Assembly (NCBI GenBank): GCA_009103225.1
Contig: RHPI01003009.1
Coordinates: 272,091-336,090 of the forward strand
Length of the DNA stretch: 64,000 bases
Reading direction: 5' to 3'
DNA from: Chlorokybus atmophyticus
Lineage: Eukaryota; Plantae; Mesostigma and Chlorokybus algae
Shown here: one piece after another, positions 22,401-34,152 of the stretch
How positions within the stretch are numbered: the first letter of the stretch is position 1
Layout: every line of letters starts with the position of its first letter
Translations under genes and position numbers: made by a program
Notes under the pieces: model-generated
What the model saw: the letters and a program-made list of their open reading frames with translations, nothing else
The model's database searches: none
Told to the model about the DNA's origin: nothing

Positions 22401-23230
22401 GTGCCGCGCCTCGATGACGTTCGACGCAGCTTGAATGGACTCTCCACCATTTCGTTCGCTGGTGAGCACGCGCTTCCTCCAATTGATGGATGGATAATGT
22501 TGCCATAGCCACGATAGTCCCAAAATCCCGTGCATCACCCTACCGAACGGTTAAGACGGGATTTTGGGAAACCGTTCCGTAGGGTGATGCAGCAAAATCG
22601 CATGTTCTCCCTCATCTTCCCAATGCGAACGCACAACTCTTTGGTCATGAACGCAGCGCCATTACCTCCAAAGGGTGGCTCTCCATCAGCGAGCTGCACT
22701 TCACCTCCTCGTAATGACGAAAGCCAACCATAACGCCGCGCAATATCAATACTCATAAAGTTGCTGTTGGCACCGCTATCAATCATGAGCTTGCACTCTT
22801 TCCATCGTCCTTGGTCATCGCAAATGTGTGCTCGAAGCCCGAAGTACTTTGTCGCCTCCTCCTTTGCATAACTCACCACCGTTGGCACGTTCATAGCCAA
22901 CTCCTCTTGCTTCCTTGATGGAAATGTCACAGCATCCGTTTGTGCATAAGGCTCCTTCGTATCCCCAGCAGTAGCCTCCTCACCTATTGGGGGAAGTCGT
23001 TTTCCTGCTCCACGCCATTTTGCTCCATGGTGTTGACGCAACAATGACGGCGAGGGTTGCCATCCGGTGTTGGCCTTTGCATGCTTCGTTTGGGGCATCC
23101 GTACGCTAAATGCTCAGTCGACCCACACGCATAACACTTGCGCACACCTTTACCTCTTTCACCACGTCCGCCGTGCTTCGCCTTACTTCCATGCGTGTGT
23201 ATGGCACCACCTCCATTGGTACGCGTATTG
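19421..23230 (-). mobile_element. Ty3/gypsy chromovirus internal region, decayed and 5'-truncated
   Basis: Domain order on the minus strand: gag zinc knuckle CYACGSTEHLAYGC, protease LMIDSGANSNF, RT ([22 protein letters not shown], YLDD), RNase H (TCDASDTAVGAVL, ETDHSPL), integrase (HDVPIAGHQG...CDACQ) and chromodomain (WEVEDIL...FLVQWKGY...TWEP), then the PPT. It has several frameshifts and stops, e.g. CVDY*ALN with TGA at 21945-21947 where the consensus has Arg. Confidence 0.95.
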
Positions 23231-23430
23231 GTCGGGCCGGCCGGCCTGTCGGCATTCAACCTACATCACACATCCCGCGCTAGGGCCATCACACGGCACC
23301 CGCGACTGCTGGGCTGCGCGGCAGTATGTGCGGCCCGCCTGCTTCTCATTGGGTAGGCGGCGAGAACAAGCGTGACACCGTTAAATCTGCCTAAAAACGA
23401 CCCTGGCCGTCCAAAGCACATCCAATTGTT
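23230..23430 (-). repeat. Inverted copy of the CCAAT/GC-box module abutting the truncated gag
   Basis: The reverse complement reads ...GGATGTGCTTTGG...CGCCGCCTACCCAATGAGAAGCAGGCGGG...GCAGTCGCGGGTGCCG...GGCCGGCCGGCCC, homologous to 2200-2410 and 3260-3430. Confidence 0.75.
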
Positions 23431-24817
23431 TAAACGCATGCCAATAAATGTAAGCACAGTTCTGCATATGTGGCCGCTTATGGCTGCATGTTGATCATTT
23501 CAATGTGTTACATTAATAATATTGATAAATATGCTGCAATACGGTGCAATATGGTGCAATATGGCTAGCAACCTGCAATTAAGTGTTACAAAACTTAATG
23601 CAACGTAACGTTTACGCCATGGTACGTGCTAACATATTCGGTAAGTAATGCCAAGGTTACCACCATAAAAATAATGCTAACCGAAATTACCTTAACGTTA
23701 AGATTCAATTAAACGAAATTGCATCGTTAGGCCACCATTTGGTCATGCATGAAATTGTTAAAATGGGATCGCAACGTGACAACAGCCGTTGCTGAAAAGG
23801 CAGCGAAATGGCTAATCATTGCAGAGATGCGTAAATTATGCTAAAAACTACCTCAGCATCAACTGCTTACCAACGGTGACCCAAAATTGCTAGGGATTTG
23901 GTGCAATTGCAGCACAGTTAGTAATTAAAACGGCCGCGTTGGCGGTATGAGGTCGGCGCAGGCCCTATGCCCGAAAGACATGCCGCCACTACTCACCCCT
24001 CGTTTTAACAGATCCACTCAACCATTTCACGCTAATCGATTACACGCTATAGTTACTGCGTCATAAAACATGGTCAACAGCCGAAATATCAGCGTCACAT
24101 TGGATCAATCACATTAATCATGGCCCCATCAACCGACATCTTCGTACGGTATGTAGATATCAGTTGCTGAGGCCACGGATTGAAACGGTGGCATAAGTTC
24201 TGCACTCACAAGACGGCAATTTTGCGAAGTGCTGTGGAGGCCTAGCTTAGGTTCTGTACACGTACAATCGATCTTTGCCATAAGAATACCGTCAGGCACA
24301 AAGGTTTCTCGTCTTTTGGCGGGGGTATTATATTATTCGTTATAAGACTGCATAATCTTACAACGCATATTTATGATGATGTGGAAGGATTTACTGAGTT
24401 AAAACATGTATTTGTTGGTGCATAAGAATAGAATATGTAGTAATATCTTGAATGTTAAATAATATACCTATAGACATGCTAGCTACATTTATGTACATGG
24501 AACGTCGCTGTTTCCTCTCGTTGTGGGCATACCGTAGTGCCGCGAAATCTTCGTAAAATAAGTAATTTGGGCTGGCCGCTAAACATTTACCGGCAAGAAC
24601 TATGCGTTCTAATGGTGGTTGTTTAGCGTGCATAGTCTTGCTCGGTTTCCACGACATAAACAACAAATGCCTGGCAGCTACTTTACGGAGATTTCGCGGC
24701 ACTACGGTAATCGAGCAGTAACTACCAAAAAATGTTTTATACAAAAGTTTTTGTGTATCCAATGCAGCCAAGACTATTCTTATGCCCGGCGGACATCGGT
24801 CCCCGAAAATTTAGTGT

Positions 24818-24863
24818 CATGACGGGTTATTCCATCGGATGTGATAATAGCGGGGGTGGACTG
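24818..24863 (-). mobile_element. Isolated TIR end (left-end type, reversed) of the CAGTCTACCCCC family
   Basis: ...GACGGGTTATT...AGCGGGGGTGGACTG|TA. Its reverse complement is CAGTCCACCCCCG + 19 nt + AATAACCCG, compared with 22 nt + A(A/G)TAACCCCG at the MITE left ends. Confidence 0.6.
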
Positions 24864-24905
24864 TACTCTCGGCTTGTACCGAACCCTAAACGTTTGTGCC
24901 ATGTA

Positions 24906-25373
24906 CAGTCTACCCCCGTTAAAAGACTTCGCTTTAAGGGAATAACCCCGCTAAGATCATGGATTATCAAAAGACCAATGGTTTTACAGGCAAATATCTT
25001 CGGTTAGTGGAATAGTCTTGTACGTAATAAGACTAAAGAGAAGGCTTGAAAAATTAAGTGGGCTCAGTCTTGTAACGGGGGAATACCTTGTTAATAGCAT
25101 GATTGTCTTGTTGATATTAGAATAATTATATAAATTAAATCATAAAGTTCATATATTGTATTGTATGGTTTATTGAGAAAATATGAATATAAATTTTACC
25201 ACGTCAGCAAATGATGACGTGGCTTGAGGTTATCGGTCGATACCCCCATTAACAGAATATATATCCTTTAAACAATAAAAGAATATATAGTCTTATAAGC
25301 GCCAAGAGAATAACCCCGTTAGTGGAATGAAAAGCTGAAAGATGAACGTGATTCTTATAACGGGGGTAGACTG
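24906..25373. mobile_element. MITE, Tc1/mariner-pogo type, copy 2, ~410 bp upstream of SAR1
   Basis: TA|CAGTCTACCCCCGTT...AACGGGGGTAGACTG|TA with perfect 15-bp TIRs. 468 bp and homologous to 1232-1701. Confidence 0.9.
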
Positions 25374-25786
25374 TACATGTGAACAGTCTGGTGCTGTAAC
25401 CCTAATCCTGCGACACATCAATCAGGGTGCGCGTCATGTTGGGTGCGCCTTGACACAACAACATGAGGTGGTGTCATGCTAACAAACAACCACTGTGCCA
25501 CGCCAGCTGGCTTGAAGGTGGATGCGGAGATTGCCAGCGGCAGCGGCGGCGGCGGCGGCGAGGGGGAAGAAGGCGAGGTGTAGCGTCTGCGGCTGCAGCG
25601 CGTCATCTGAGGGGGGGGTAACTGCTTGCTTGCAGTAGCACCAGACCGGCGTTTCTCGGAGTGTTTGAGGCAGGTGGGACAGCAACTAGGGCTTGTTGGG
25701 TAGTTGGTTGGAGTTTGTGCTTTGGCTGTGCGTTGGAAGGAGGAAGGTCGGAGGAGGGGAGAGGGTTAGGCCAATACCAGGCAAAG

Positions 25787-26662
25787 ATGTTCATCGTGGA
25801 CTGGTTCTACGATATTCTGGCGACCCTGGGGCTATGGCACAAGGACGCGAAGATCTTGTTTCTGGGCTTGGACAACGCTGGGAAGACGACGCTGCTGCAC
25901 ATGCTCAAGGATGAGCGCCTGGCGCAGCACCAGCCCACGCAGTATCCCACCTCAGAGGAGCTTTCCATCGGCAAGATCCGCTTCCGCGCCTTTGATCTCG
26001 GTGGACACGAAATCGCTCGCCGTGTGTGGAAGGATTACTATGCCAAGGTAGGTGCTAGCTTCTCTGGCCGTTCAAGTTGCGCCCATACAGCTTATGCGCA
26101 ATTCTCACATGCTTGCCTGTTGATGAGTGATTTTGCGTAAAACAGTGTCTGATTTCTCTCAGATACATGGTGTTGTATGACGGGGTTGTCACCATCATGC
26201 AGCCTCTTGGCGTGCTTTCAGCTTGACAACAGGAGTGTGTGTTTTGGCTACAAAGCTATCTTGACACAATCCCTATTTTTAAACTGCCCCCTCAGTCGGC
26301 GTTGCAAGTTACTCATATACATGGCCTCCTCTTTGTGTCAGGTGGACGCCATTGTGTTTTTGGTGGATGCTGTGGACAAGGAGCGCTTCCCTGAGAGCAA
26401 AAAGGAGCTGGACGCACTGTTATCGGATGATAGTCTGGCTTCAGTGCCGTTCTTGATACTGGGCAACAAGATTGACATCCCTTCTGCAGCCAGTGAGGAG
26501 GAGCTGCGATACGCCCTGGGACTGACCAACTACACAACTGGCAAGGGGAAGGTGGCTCTGGCAGACACCAACATGCGACCCATCGAGGTCTTCATGTGCT
26601 CAGTCGTGCGCCGCATGGGTTATGGTGAAGGAATCAAGTGGATGTCGCAGTACATCAAGTGA
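25787..26662 (+). CDS. SAR1: Small GTPase SAR1 (COPII), 193 aa, 2 exons (25787-26047, 26342-26662)
   Basis: [17 protein letters not shown]...GLDNAGKTT...[19 protein letters not shown]|VDAIVFLVD...LGNKID...[13 protein letters not shown]. One GT-AG intron. The length is typical for SAR1. Confidence 0.97.
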
Positions 26663-28363
26663 GCGGCAGCAGGACGTGCAACATGAGCAGGCAGGGTGGA
26701 GCGGCCAGAGTGGACTCGTAATCATGCGTGATCTTTCACCACTCGAGGGTTTCCCTTCTGGTGGTCAACAGTTTCCGCAGCTATGGCGAGTTCTCGCTTT
26801 GTTGCTTGAGCTATGCTTGCGAGTTACCGTGATGGTAGGTTTTTACTTGTGACAGTATGATCATTAGGCTGGGCCAATTGCGTGCATTAAGCAACTCCTT
26901 GCTTGCTATCTTGGCCTACTCGTAGTGAGCACCGTATGCAAGGGCTGATACATGTTTTCTGATATATTGATGTGAGGACCCTCGACACATGCCCCTCGAT
27001 AAAGGTTGCAGTGCGGTGAACATGACTCAGGCGTTCTACTAGAGTTGATTAATTATACCCGCATTTACCAACATACTCAACACGCAGGATATGCTCGTGG
27101 CCGTTATGCATACGGCATGTTATCATGTGACTCATACACCCCGAGCAGCTTCCCCAAACTCTGTGGCTTATGTGACCTCCAGCTGAGCTGTCATTGCATC
27201 AATTTTGCTTTGGCGGTAACTGCTTTGTCACCTCGTCCATCTCCAACACGCGCTGGCTCCATGAGCTCGTGCATGTAAAGCAAAAGTAGATGTGCGCATT
27301 TTCATAAGATCTTTGTACAACCCCGAAAGGGTCTACGCCACATGTGCACATGACAGTAGGGTCCCACCCCGATGGTGCTCAGCCTCAGCAAGCTCTCAAC
27401 CTTTATTATCATTGACCTGCAACATGGCGGTCGCTGCGGATGGAGCCATGGACATTGGCAAGTTCAGTCCTGCTTGCTGCTGCGTGGCGTGGACGTGGCG
27501 GAGGCGGCGTGCTGCTGGTGCTGGCAAGTGATCCCTGGTCCTTGCTGCTGTTCTTCCCTTCCCCCAACCCCCTCCCTTCCTCTAGCGTCTAGCTAGCGCA
27601 CTTGGTTAGCATAGAGGGCCCCCCACCCCGTGTTCTGCTTCTGCTGTGCTGTGCTGTGCTGTGCCGTTGCTCTTGGTCATATAATGCCATTGGCCCTGGC
27701 CCGTATCATGGCCCCTGTGTTGTGCCTTGTACAAGCGTCCAATAGCAGTGCGGCCAAAGCAAGACCATGCCCAGACCCCACGCAAGCTTACTCTGTTTAC
27801 AGATGTCACAAGCACTTGTATGGCGGCTTTTGGAGTTTGTGTGACGTACAAACAATACTGAACACAATGACGGATGCATAGTGACATGAAATGCAAGCAG
27901 CAAGCACAGTGTCAGACATGCCACGATCAACACCATTATATGTTTTAACCACAGGGCTGATCAAGCACCTCAGCAAACTAGCGACACTACCATTAGCACC
28001 CCATTAGCCATGCAAGCATGCATATGTTATCATCTGCCCAGTGGCTGTGACACACGGCACTCCTGCGAGTGATAGTGACGACAAGTAAAGACCTACTTAA
28101 GAGGTGGGGTTGTCGGTAGATGTGTTGCTAAGATTTGTTGCTGTGCTGTATATTGTGGGGGAGTGACACCTGCTGTTACCCTGCAACTCTTGCCACATAT
28201 TCCGTTTGCAACATGGCTCGGTTGATATGACACAACACTGCATAGCAACAAGTTTCCTAACCTTGCGACCAGAGCGCATGGGGGCAGGCAAGCGAACAGG
28301 TGATGAGGGCCAAACACGCTCATACATGTGAGCCACGGCAGGGCATTAGGAAAGACATGTTAA

Positions 28364-31300
28364 TCACGGACACATGTGGCAGTCACTGGCGGAGGAGGCC
28401 GCGCGAATGCGCTCGTGGACCGTGTCGGAGAAGATGAGCTGCAGCTTTGGCGCCAGAGGCACCAGCTCCGCGTGGAAGTTGCGACAGAACATCCTCAGGT
28501 AGCCCAGCGTCTTCGCCACCCACGCCTCGCTGTGGTCTGGTCACGCACACCGCACAAACACACAATCAGATGACCACAGTGTGATGCCTATACATTCCTT
28601 CACAAAAGTCGGCCATTACTACTGACCTGCTCTCTGGTCTTCCACCTCCATGGTGGCTGTTCCCGCGCCATTATTATCGGCTGCCCCATTGCTTTGCGAC
28701 AGGCGCTCTGATATGCTCTCCACAAAGCGCTCAAACAGCACCACAAACAAGTCCTGCAAACACACGCATGCACAAGAGATTTGCTTTGGACTGGCCACTC
28801 CTTGTCCAAGTCCAAGTCCAGCAGCACGCCCTCTCACCTCTTGTTCTTTGATGGCTCGTCCCAGCAGCGCCTGCTTGACCTCCATCTGCTCCTCAGCGGC
28901 GTCCACCTCCTCCTTGACGTTGCCCCCTTGCCCCTTGGCCGCCTCCGCCGCCCTGCCCGCCGCCGCAACGTCCGCGCGCAAGTCCGCCGTGCGCGCGTGC
29001 GTCTTGTTCACCGCATTGCGCAGCACCTCCCACACCCTGTCCGACACGTGGAAGACCGACGCCTGCGCCGGCGAGAACGCCCAGTGCACAATGGTGGTGT
29101 TGGCCACCAGGCGCTTGGCCATCAGCTGGTCGATCACGATGGCCGTCCACTGCGACGAGTCGCACCAGAAGGAGGCCACGATGTCCAGGAGAGACAGCTG
29201 CGCGTTGACGTCAGGCAGCAACTTTTGGAGGAGAGGCTGAAAGCGCTCGAGGACGGTGACGGTGTGCGTGAAGCTCTTGGACCCGATGTTGAGCAGCGTC
29301 TGCGCCACCACCTCCTGCGAGGCGCGCAGACCCAGACCGACCAGCTTCTCCTCCGCCCACTGCAGCGCCTCGCGCGCGCCCTTCTTCGCGCGCACGAGAC
29401 CGTATAGCTCGTTCGACAGCGCCGACTCGTTACTTGTGGCCGCCATCTCCTCCTCCTTCACATCCGCCACCACCTCCTCCGAGTACTTGAAGTGCGCCTT
29501 CGGCTCCGGAGGCATCAGCTCCACAAAACCCTCTGGCAGACTCTGCACACGCACAATGCTCATCATCATCATGCATGCAACGCAACGCAAGCGTATGTGT
29601 GATGGGGTGGAGTGTGCGGGTGGCGTACCTGCCGTATCCTTCCGTGGTACGACAGGCGTATCAGTCGCTCGATGACGGACGCGACAAACACTCGCTGGGG
29701 GTGCCACGGCGACAGCTGTAGCACGTCGCCCCACTCTTGCCAGGGCCACACGTAGTTGAAGTTGGATCTGAACAGAGAAAGAGAGACTGAGAGCACTAGA
29801 CAGAAGCGCCCTTCATCAGCGACTCCTGTAGTGCTTCAGTACAGAGGTTGCTGCAAAACACGCATTGCATTGATCACGATGACCACATGACAACCACCCA
29901 TGTGGGGCTTACAGGTGGTGACTGAGCCATTCTGCCAACCGCCAAGCGCAGTCCACGTCCAGGCGGGGCAGCTCTTGATATAGACTCTGCGCACGACACA
30001 CACGCGTGCTCCAGTCAATCTCTCAACGCGACGCACAAACGCCACATTCTCTTTTGCACGCGACTTGCTGCTTACATTGGCTGCGCGTGCGAGCAATGGG
30101 GGAAACTCGGTGGGTCGCATCTGCCAAGCACACAAGCACGCATGCGGTCATTGCATGCTTAAGCGTGCAGGGTGATCTGGCAACGCTGTCTGTCATGCCC
30201 GCTATGTGCGCCAGCCATGTTCACTGCTGCTCGCCAGCTCCTTACCTTACATACATCCATGATCACGACAGCATAGTACACGGGCTTGAACGGAGGGGAC
30301 GGGAGCATCATCATCTGCATGCGAGCATTGACGAGACTACGTCAGTACTCGACTTCTTCTGATCAAGCAACATCACACAAGGCGCTGCTGGCAGCAAAGA
30401 AAGGGGCGCGCGTGGACATGCCTGGCCCAGGATCGTCTCCACTAGCAACGAGTCATTGCGGGGGATGAGCGTGGCCAGCCTGAACGAACACTCCCTACGA
30501 CTGCAAACAACCAGCAACAGACTCGCTCAACTTTACCAACAAAGCATAATGATGGACAGCCCACGCAATCCCTGCGCACAACGAGGCGCTGACTTGGCAT
30601 TGAAGTGGTACAGCGTGTCGACTATGCCGAGCTCCGCCACGCTGCGCTCCAGAGGTTGCAGATTCTGCGCACACCACAACGATGAGCCATGCCACAGCGC
30701 AGAAGCAGCAACCAATGAGCGAGTGACCTGCTCTGTCTTTGCCGTTGGCAGCAACCGGAAGAGCACGCGCGGCGGGTACGCGCGGATGATCGCCAGGCGA
30801 GCGACGTCGGCATTGCCGCCCGGCAGGTCAAAGCCCGGGAAACCCACGGCACCAAACTCGTGAGGCTCCGACTCTGCGAGCTGCTGTCCAAACGCCGCGT
30901 GAAGCGTCGGCACTGCCGCGAGCGAGACAACCAACCACATCAGTACATCGATGGACAACCAACAAAAGCACCAACACGCAGACACAGGTGCGTTCCGCCG
31001 CTCTCACCGCAGTTGAGCGACCAGGCTGAGGTCGCTCTTGTCTCAGTGACTCGCTGCCAGATGTCGTCCAGATAGTCCTGAGCACAACAAAGCAATGAGT
31101 ATGGAGTATGGAAGCGGCTTGGGTGCCGATTGAGGCGGTGGTGTGCAACCAAGTGTGCCCCCGTGCGTTATTTGAGGATACGCTGTGACTGGAGTTGGAT
31201 GGGTCTAAACCTGGCTTGTCGCCTCCGGTGGCTGTTGCAGAGCGTGCAGAGCCGCAGGTGCAAAGCTCCGTCTCTTTTGCATGTACTCTTCAGTGCTGGA

Positions 31301-33820
31301 CAGCAGCGCCTCAAACCCCTCTGTGGCCTTCTGCAAGCGACAGAATGCATCAATAGACCATGCAACGCAGCACGCAAATGAAATGAGAGTTGTGGGTTTT
31401 TATAGGACGTACCTCCGCGAGGGTTAGCGCTCCCCATGGCAGCATGGCCAGCACGGCAAACACGTAGTAGTCCGCGCGCGGCTGCCACACCGGACGGTCC
31501 GGCCTGCCCGCCGTCTCCAACGCGTACCCCACCATCTTGCCCGCCACTTCCAGCAATGTCGCCGGCGCCAACACGCTGCTGTTCACCTGCTCGATGCACA
31601 CGAAGCAGTTGGTACGCGACACAGTGCGGGGACTTCACGAGTATGCATGAGTAGCGCTTGAAGAGGAAGCCAAGGCACGTACCAGTGCTGCCAAAAACCG
31701 GAGTAGCACTTTGATCGTGTTGACGCCAGCGCTGTCCAGGCCGTGCTGTGGTGGTCAACACAATGCGCAAAACCAGTCAGTCAGTCAATTGGTCCATACT
31801 GAGCCATAAGCTCATCACTCTTTCAGCACAGGAATGACACTGACCTGCAACTCTGTGTGTGTCCTCTCAACGATCTCAGCCACAACTGGGCGGTTGTCCT
31901 TGTTCAGCAACCCCACCTAGCCAGAGCGACGCATGCCGTCCATCAGCACACGACATGCTTGGCAATCGCTACACGAGCATCAACGCCCATACCAAGACGC
32001 CGTAGATGTGCACTTTGGTTGGCAGCTCCAGCACGGACCGCACAACCACCTGCTCAGTGCAAGGAGAGAGAAAGATAAGCAACAGCAGTCATGGCATCGC
32101 ATCAGCAGCACGAGAGCGGACGAGCCAGGTGCTTACGTCGATGACGTCTTGCTGGTACTCTTCGAGCGCAGCCGGCAGCATGCTCACCAGCTGCACCTGC
32201 CACCACCACCACATACACATGTGCCAGCATTGAAAATGGCGCTTTCAACCCACTGACTGCATGAGGGGTGACACGCACAAAGGGGGGGCGGGNNNNNNNN
32301 NNNNNNNNNNNNNNNNNNNNNNNNNNNNNNNNNNNNNNNNNNNNNNNNNNNNNNNNNNNNNNNNNNNNNNNNNNNNNNNNNNNNNNNNNNNNNNNNNNNN
32401 NNNNNNNNNNNNNNNNNNNNNNNNNNNNNNNNNNNNNNNNNNNNNNNNNNNNNNNNNNNNNNNNNNNNNNNNNNNNNNNNNNNNNNNNNNNNNNNNNNNN
32501 NNNNNNNNNNNNNNNNNNNNNNNNNNNNNNNNNNNNNNNNNNNNNNNNNNNNNNNNNNNNNNNNNNNNNNNNNNNNNNNNNNNNNNNNNNNNNNNNNNNN
32601 NNNNNNNNNNNNNNNNNNNNNNNNNNNNNNNNNNNNNNNNNNNNNNNNNNNNNNNNNNNNNNNNNNNNNNNNNNNNNNNNNNNNNNNNNNNNNNNNNNNN
32701 NNNNNNNNNNNNNNNNNNNNNNNNNNNNNNNNNNNNNNNNNNNNNNNNNNNNNNNNNNNNNNNNNNNNNNNNNNNNNNNNNNNNNNNNNNNNNNNNNNNN
32801 NNNNNNNNNNNNNNNNNNNGGGGGGGGGGATCGCACAAGCGTGCGGGTGGCTTACAAGTGTTGGCTCAAGAGGAGGAGGCGCCATGCCTGTGTTAGGGTC
32901 TGCATCGCCCAGCCTCACGATGTGCGCGCGGAGCCTGCATGGAGGGAGCGGGCGTGTTACGACCACAGCACTGTTGGTGGTGATGAGTTCATCCATGGAC
33001 ACGCTTCATTGACTCCAAGCACGACAAATTTGTAGGGCGCGAGTCCTTGAGGGGTGTGCGTGTAAGAGAGCTGCCCCACATGAAGGAGCAGAGACGGCAA
33101 GACTTCATGCACGCATACCGGGTACACCACCATCACTCAGGCTCAGTGTTGTGAAAGCTGCTGCTTACTCTTGCAGTTCTGGTGGCGGTGGGAGACAGTG
33201 CTGGCGAGCGTGCCGCACCATCGGTTCCTCACTTCCGTCATCTGAGGACAGAGACAACCCACTATCATCTCCATCAGCAAATACAGACGGAATCATCATG
33301 GCTGAATGCTGGCTGCATCCCCACTTCAGCTGCCAACCACGCAGAACGCAAGCATGCAGCAAGACAGGGCAGGGAATCTGCGTGCGTGTATCTATCTGCA
33401 TTGCGAGCGCGAGTACAAGATTCTCTCTCCAACAAGCAAGATGTGACCCGATCATGACACAGGTGATAGCTCCATGCGTAATCATGTAACAATCTGTTTC
33501 GGAGAGACAGAAAGCGTAGCGCAGCATGCATATCCGTCGCTGCAACCGATGCTGTTCGTGCACTGCAAGACAGTGACTGAGACTTTGGCTGTGTGTTGTT
33601 CATGCCAATGCCATGAGCCTTGTCGATGGGTGTGCATGCGTGAAGGACGAATGCAAAAGCCACACTCCACCCCACCTTGGTATTTGAATCGTCGTGGCCC
33701 GCCGCCACGCAGCGTTTGCTGCGCATTTTGCTGCGGCGGCGGCAGTTCGACCTCCGGCATCGCGCCCGTGTCGTCGCCGACGGGGTCTGGCCCGGCGTCA
33801 GCGTCAGCGTCGTCCGCCAT
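28364..33820 (-). CDS. NCBP1: Nuclear cap-binding protein subunit 1 (CBP80/ABH1), multi-exon, with a gap inside
   Basis: Diagnostic segments: WQPRADYYVFAVLAMLPWG, SNFNYVWPWQEW...HPQRVFV...RLSYHGRI, QTLLNIGSKSFTHTVTVLERF, FHVSDRVWEVLRNAVNKT, and a terminal AWVAKTLGYLRMF exon with the stop at 28364. The ATG at 33820 is inferred from an in-phase splice model. Confidence 0.9.
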
Positions 33821-34152
33821 CAACCGCGCCTGCCTAGCCTACCCCCGCCCCTCCGCCGCCCCTCCCACACCAACGGCACACGCAACCCTAATGTAATGCT
33901 GGCGAACTAGGCGAGTGGGATGCGCAGCCCGGGCGGAGAGTGGTTATCGCAGGCCCATGCAGGATGCTGCTGATGGCGTATGTGTGTTGTTTGGGGGCCA
34001 GCAGGACAGGACTGGTAGTCGTCGTTGGCTGTTGGCTGAATATCAGAAACGGGCAAACCACAACCACCTCGTCCCCATGCACACAGTAGCGTTCCTGTTT
34101 GCTGTAGTGGCAGTGGCGGCGTGACTCCATCGACCAGACCAGCCCGTCCACC
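33821..34152. promoter_or_regulatory. Short bidirectional promoter region between NCBP1 and EXO84
   Basis: The two inferred start codons point in opposite directions with only 332 bp between them. Confidence 0.55.

Noticed and set aside
24878-24892. Telomere-like AACCCTAAAC
   Set aside because: It is a single unit and no array is present. It could be a chance match or a telobox, but this cannot be supported.
27372-27596. Short GC-rich ORFs between SAR1 and NCBP1
   Set aside because: They are too short and have no recognisable motif or clear splice partners.
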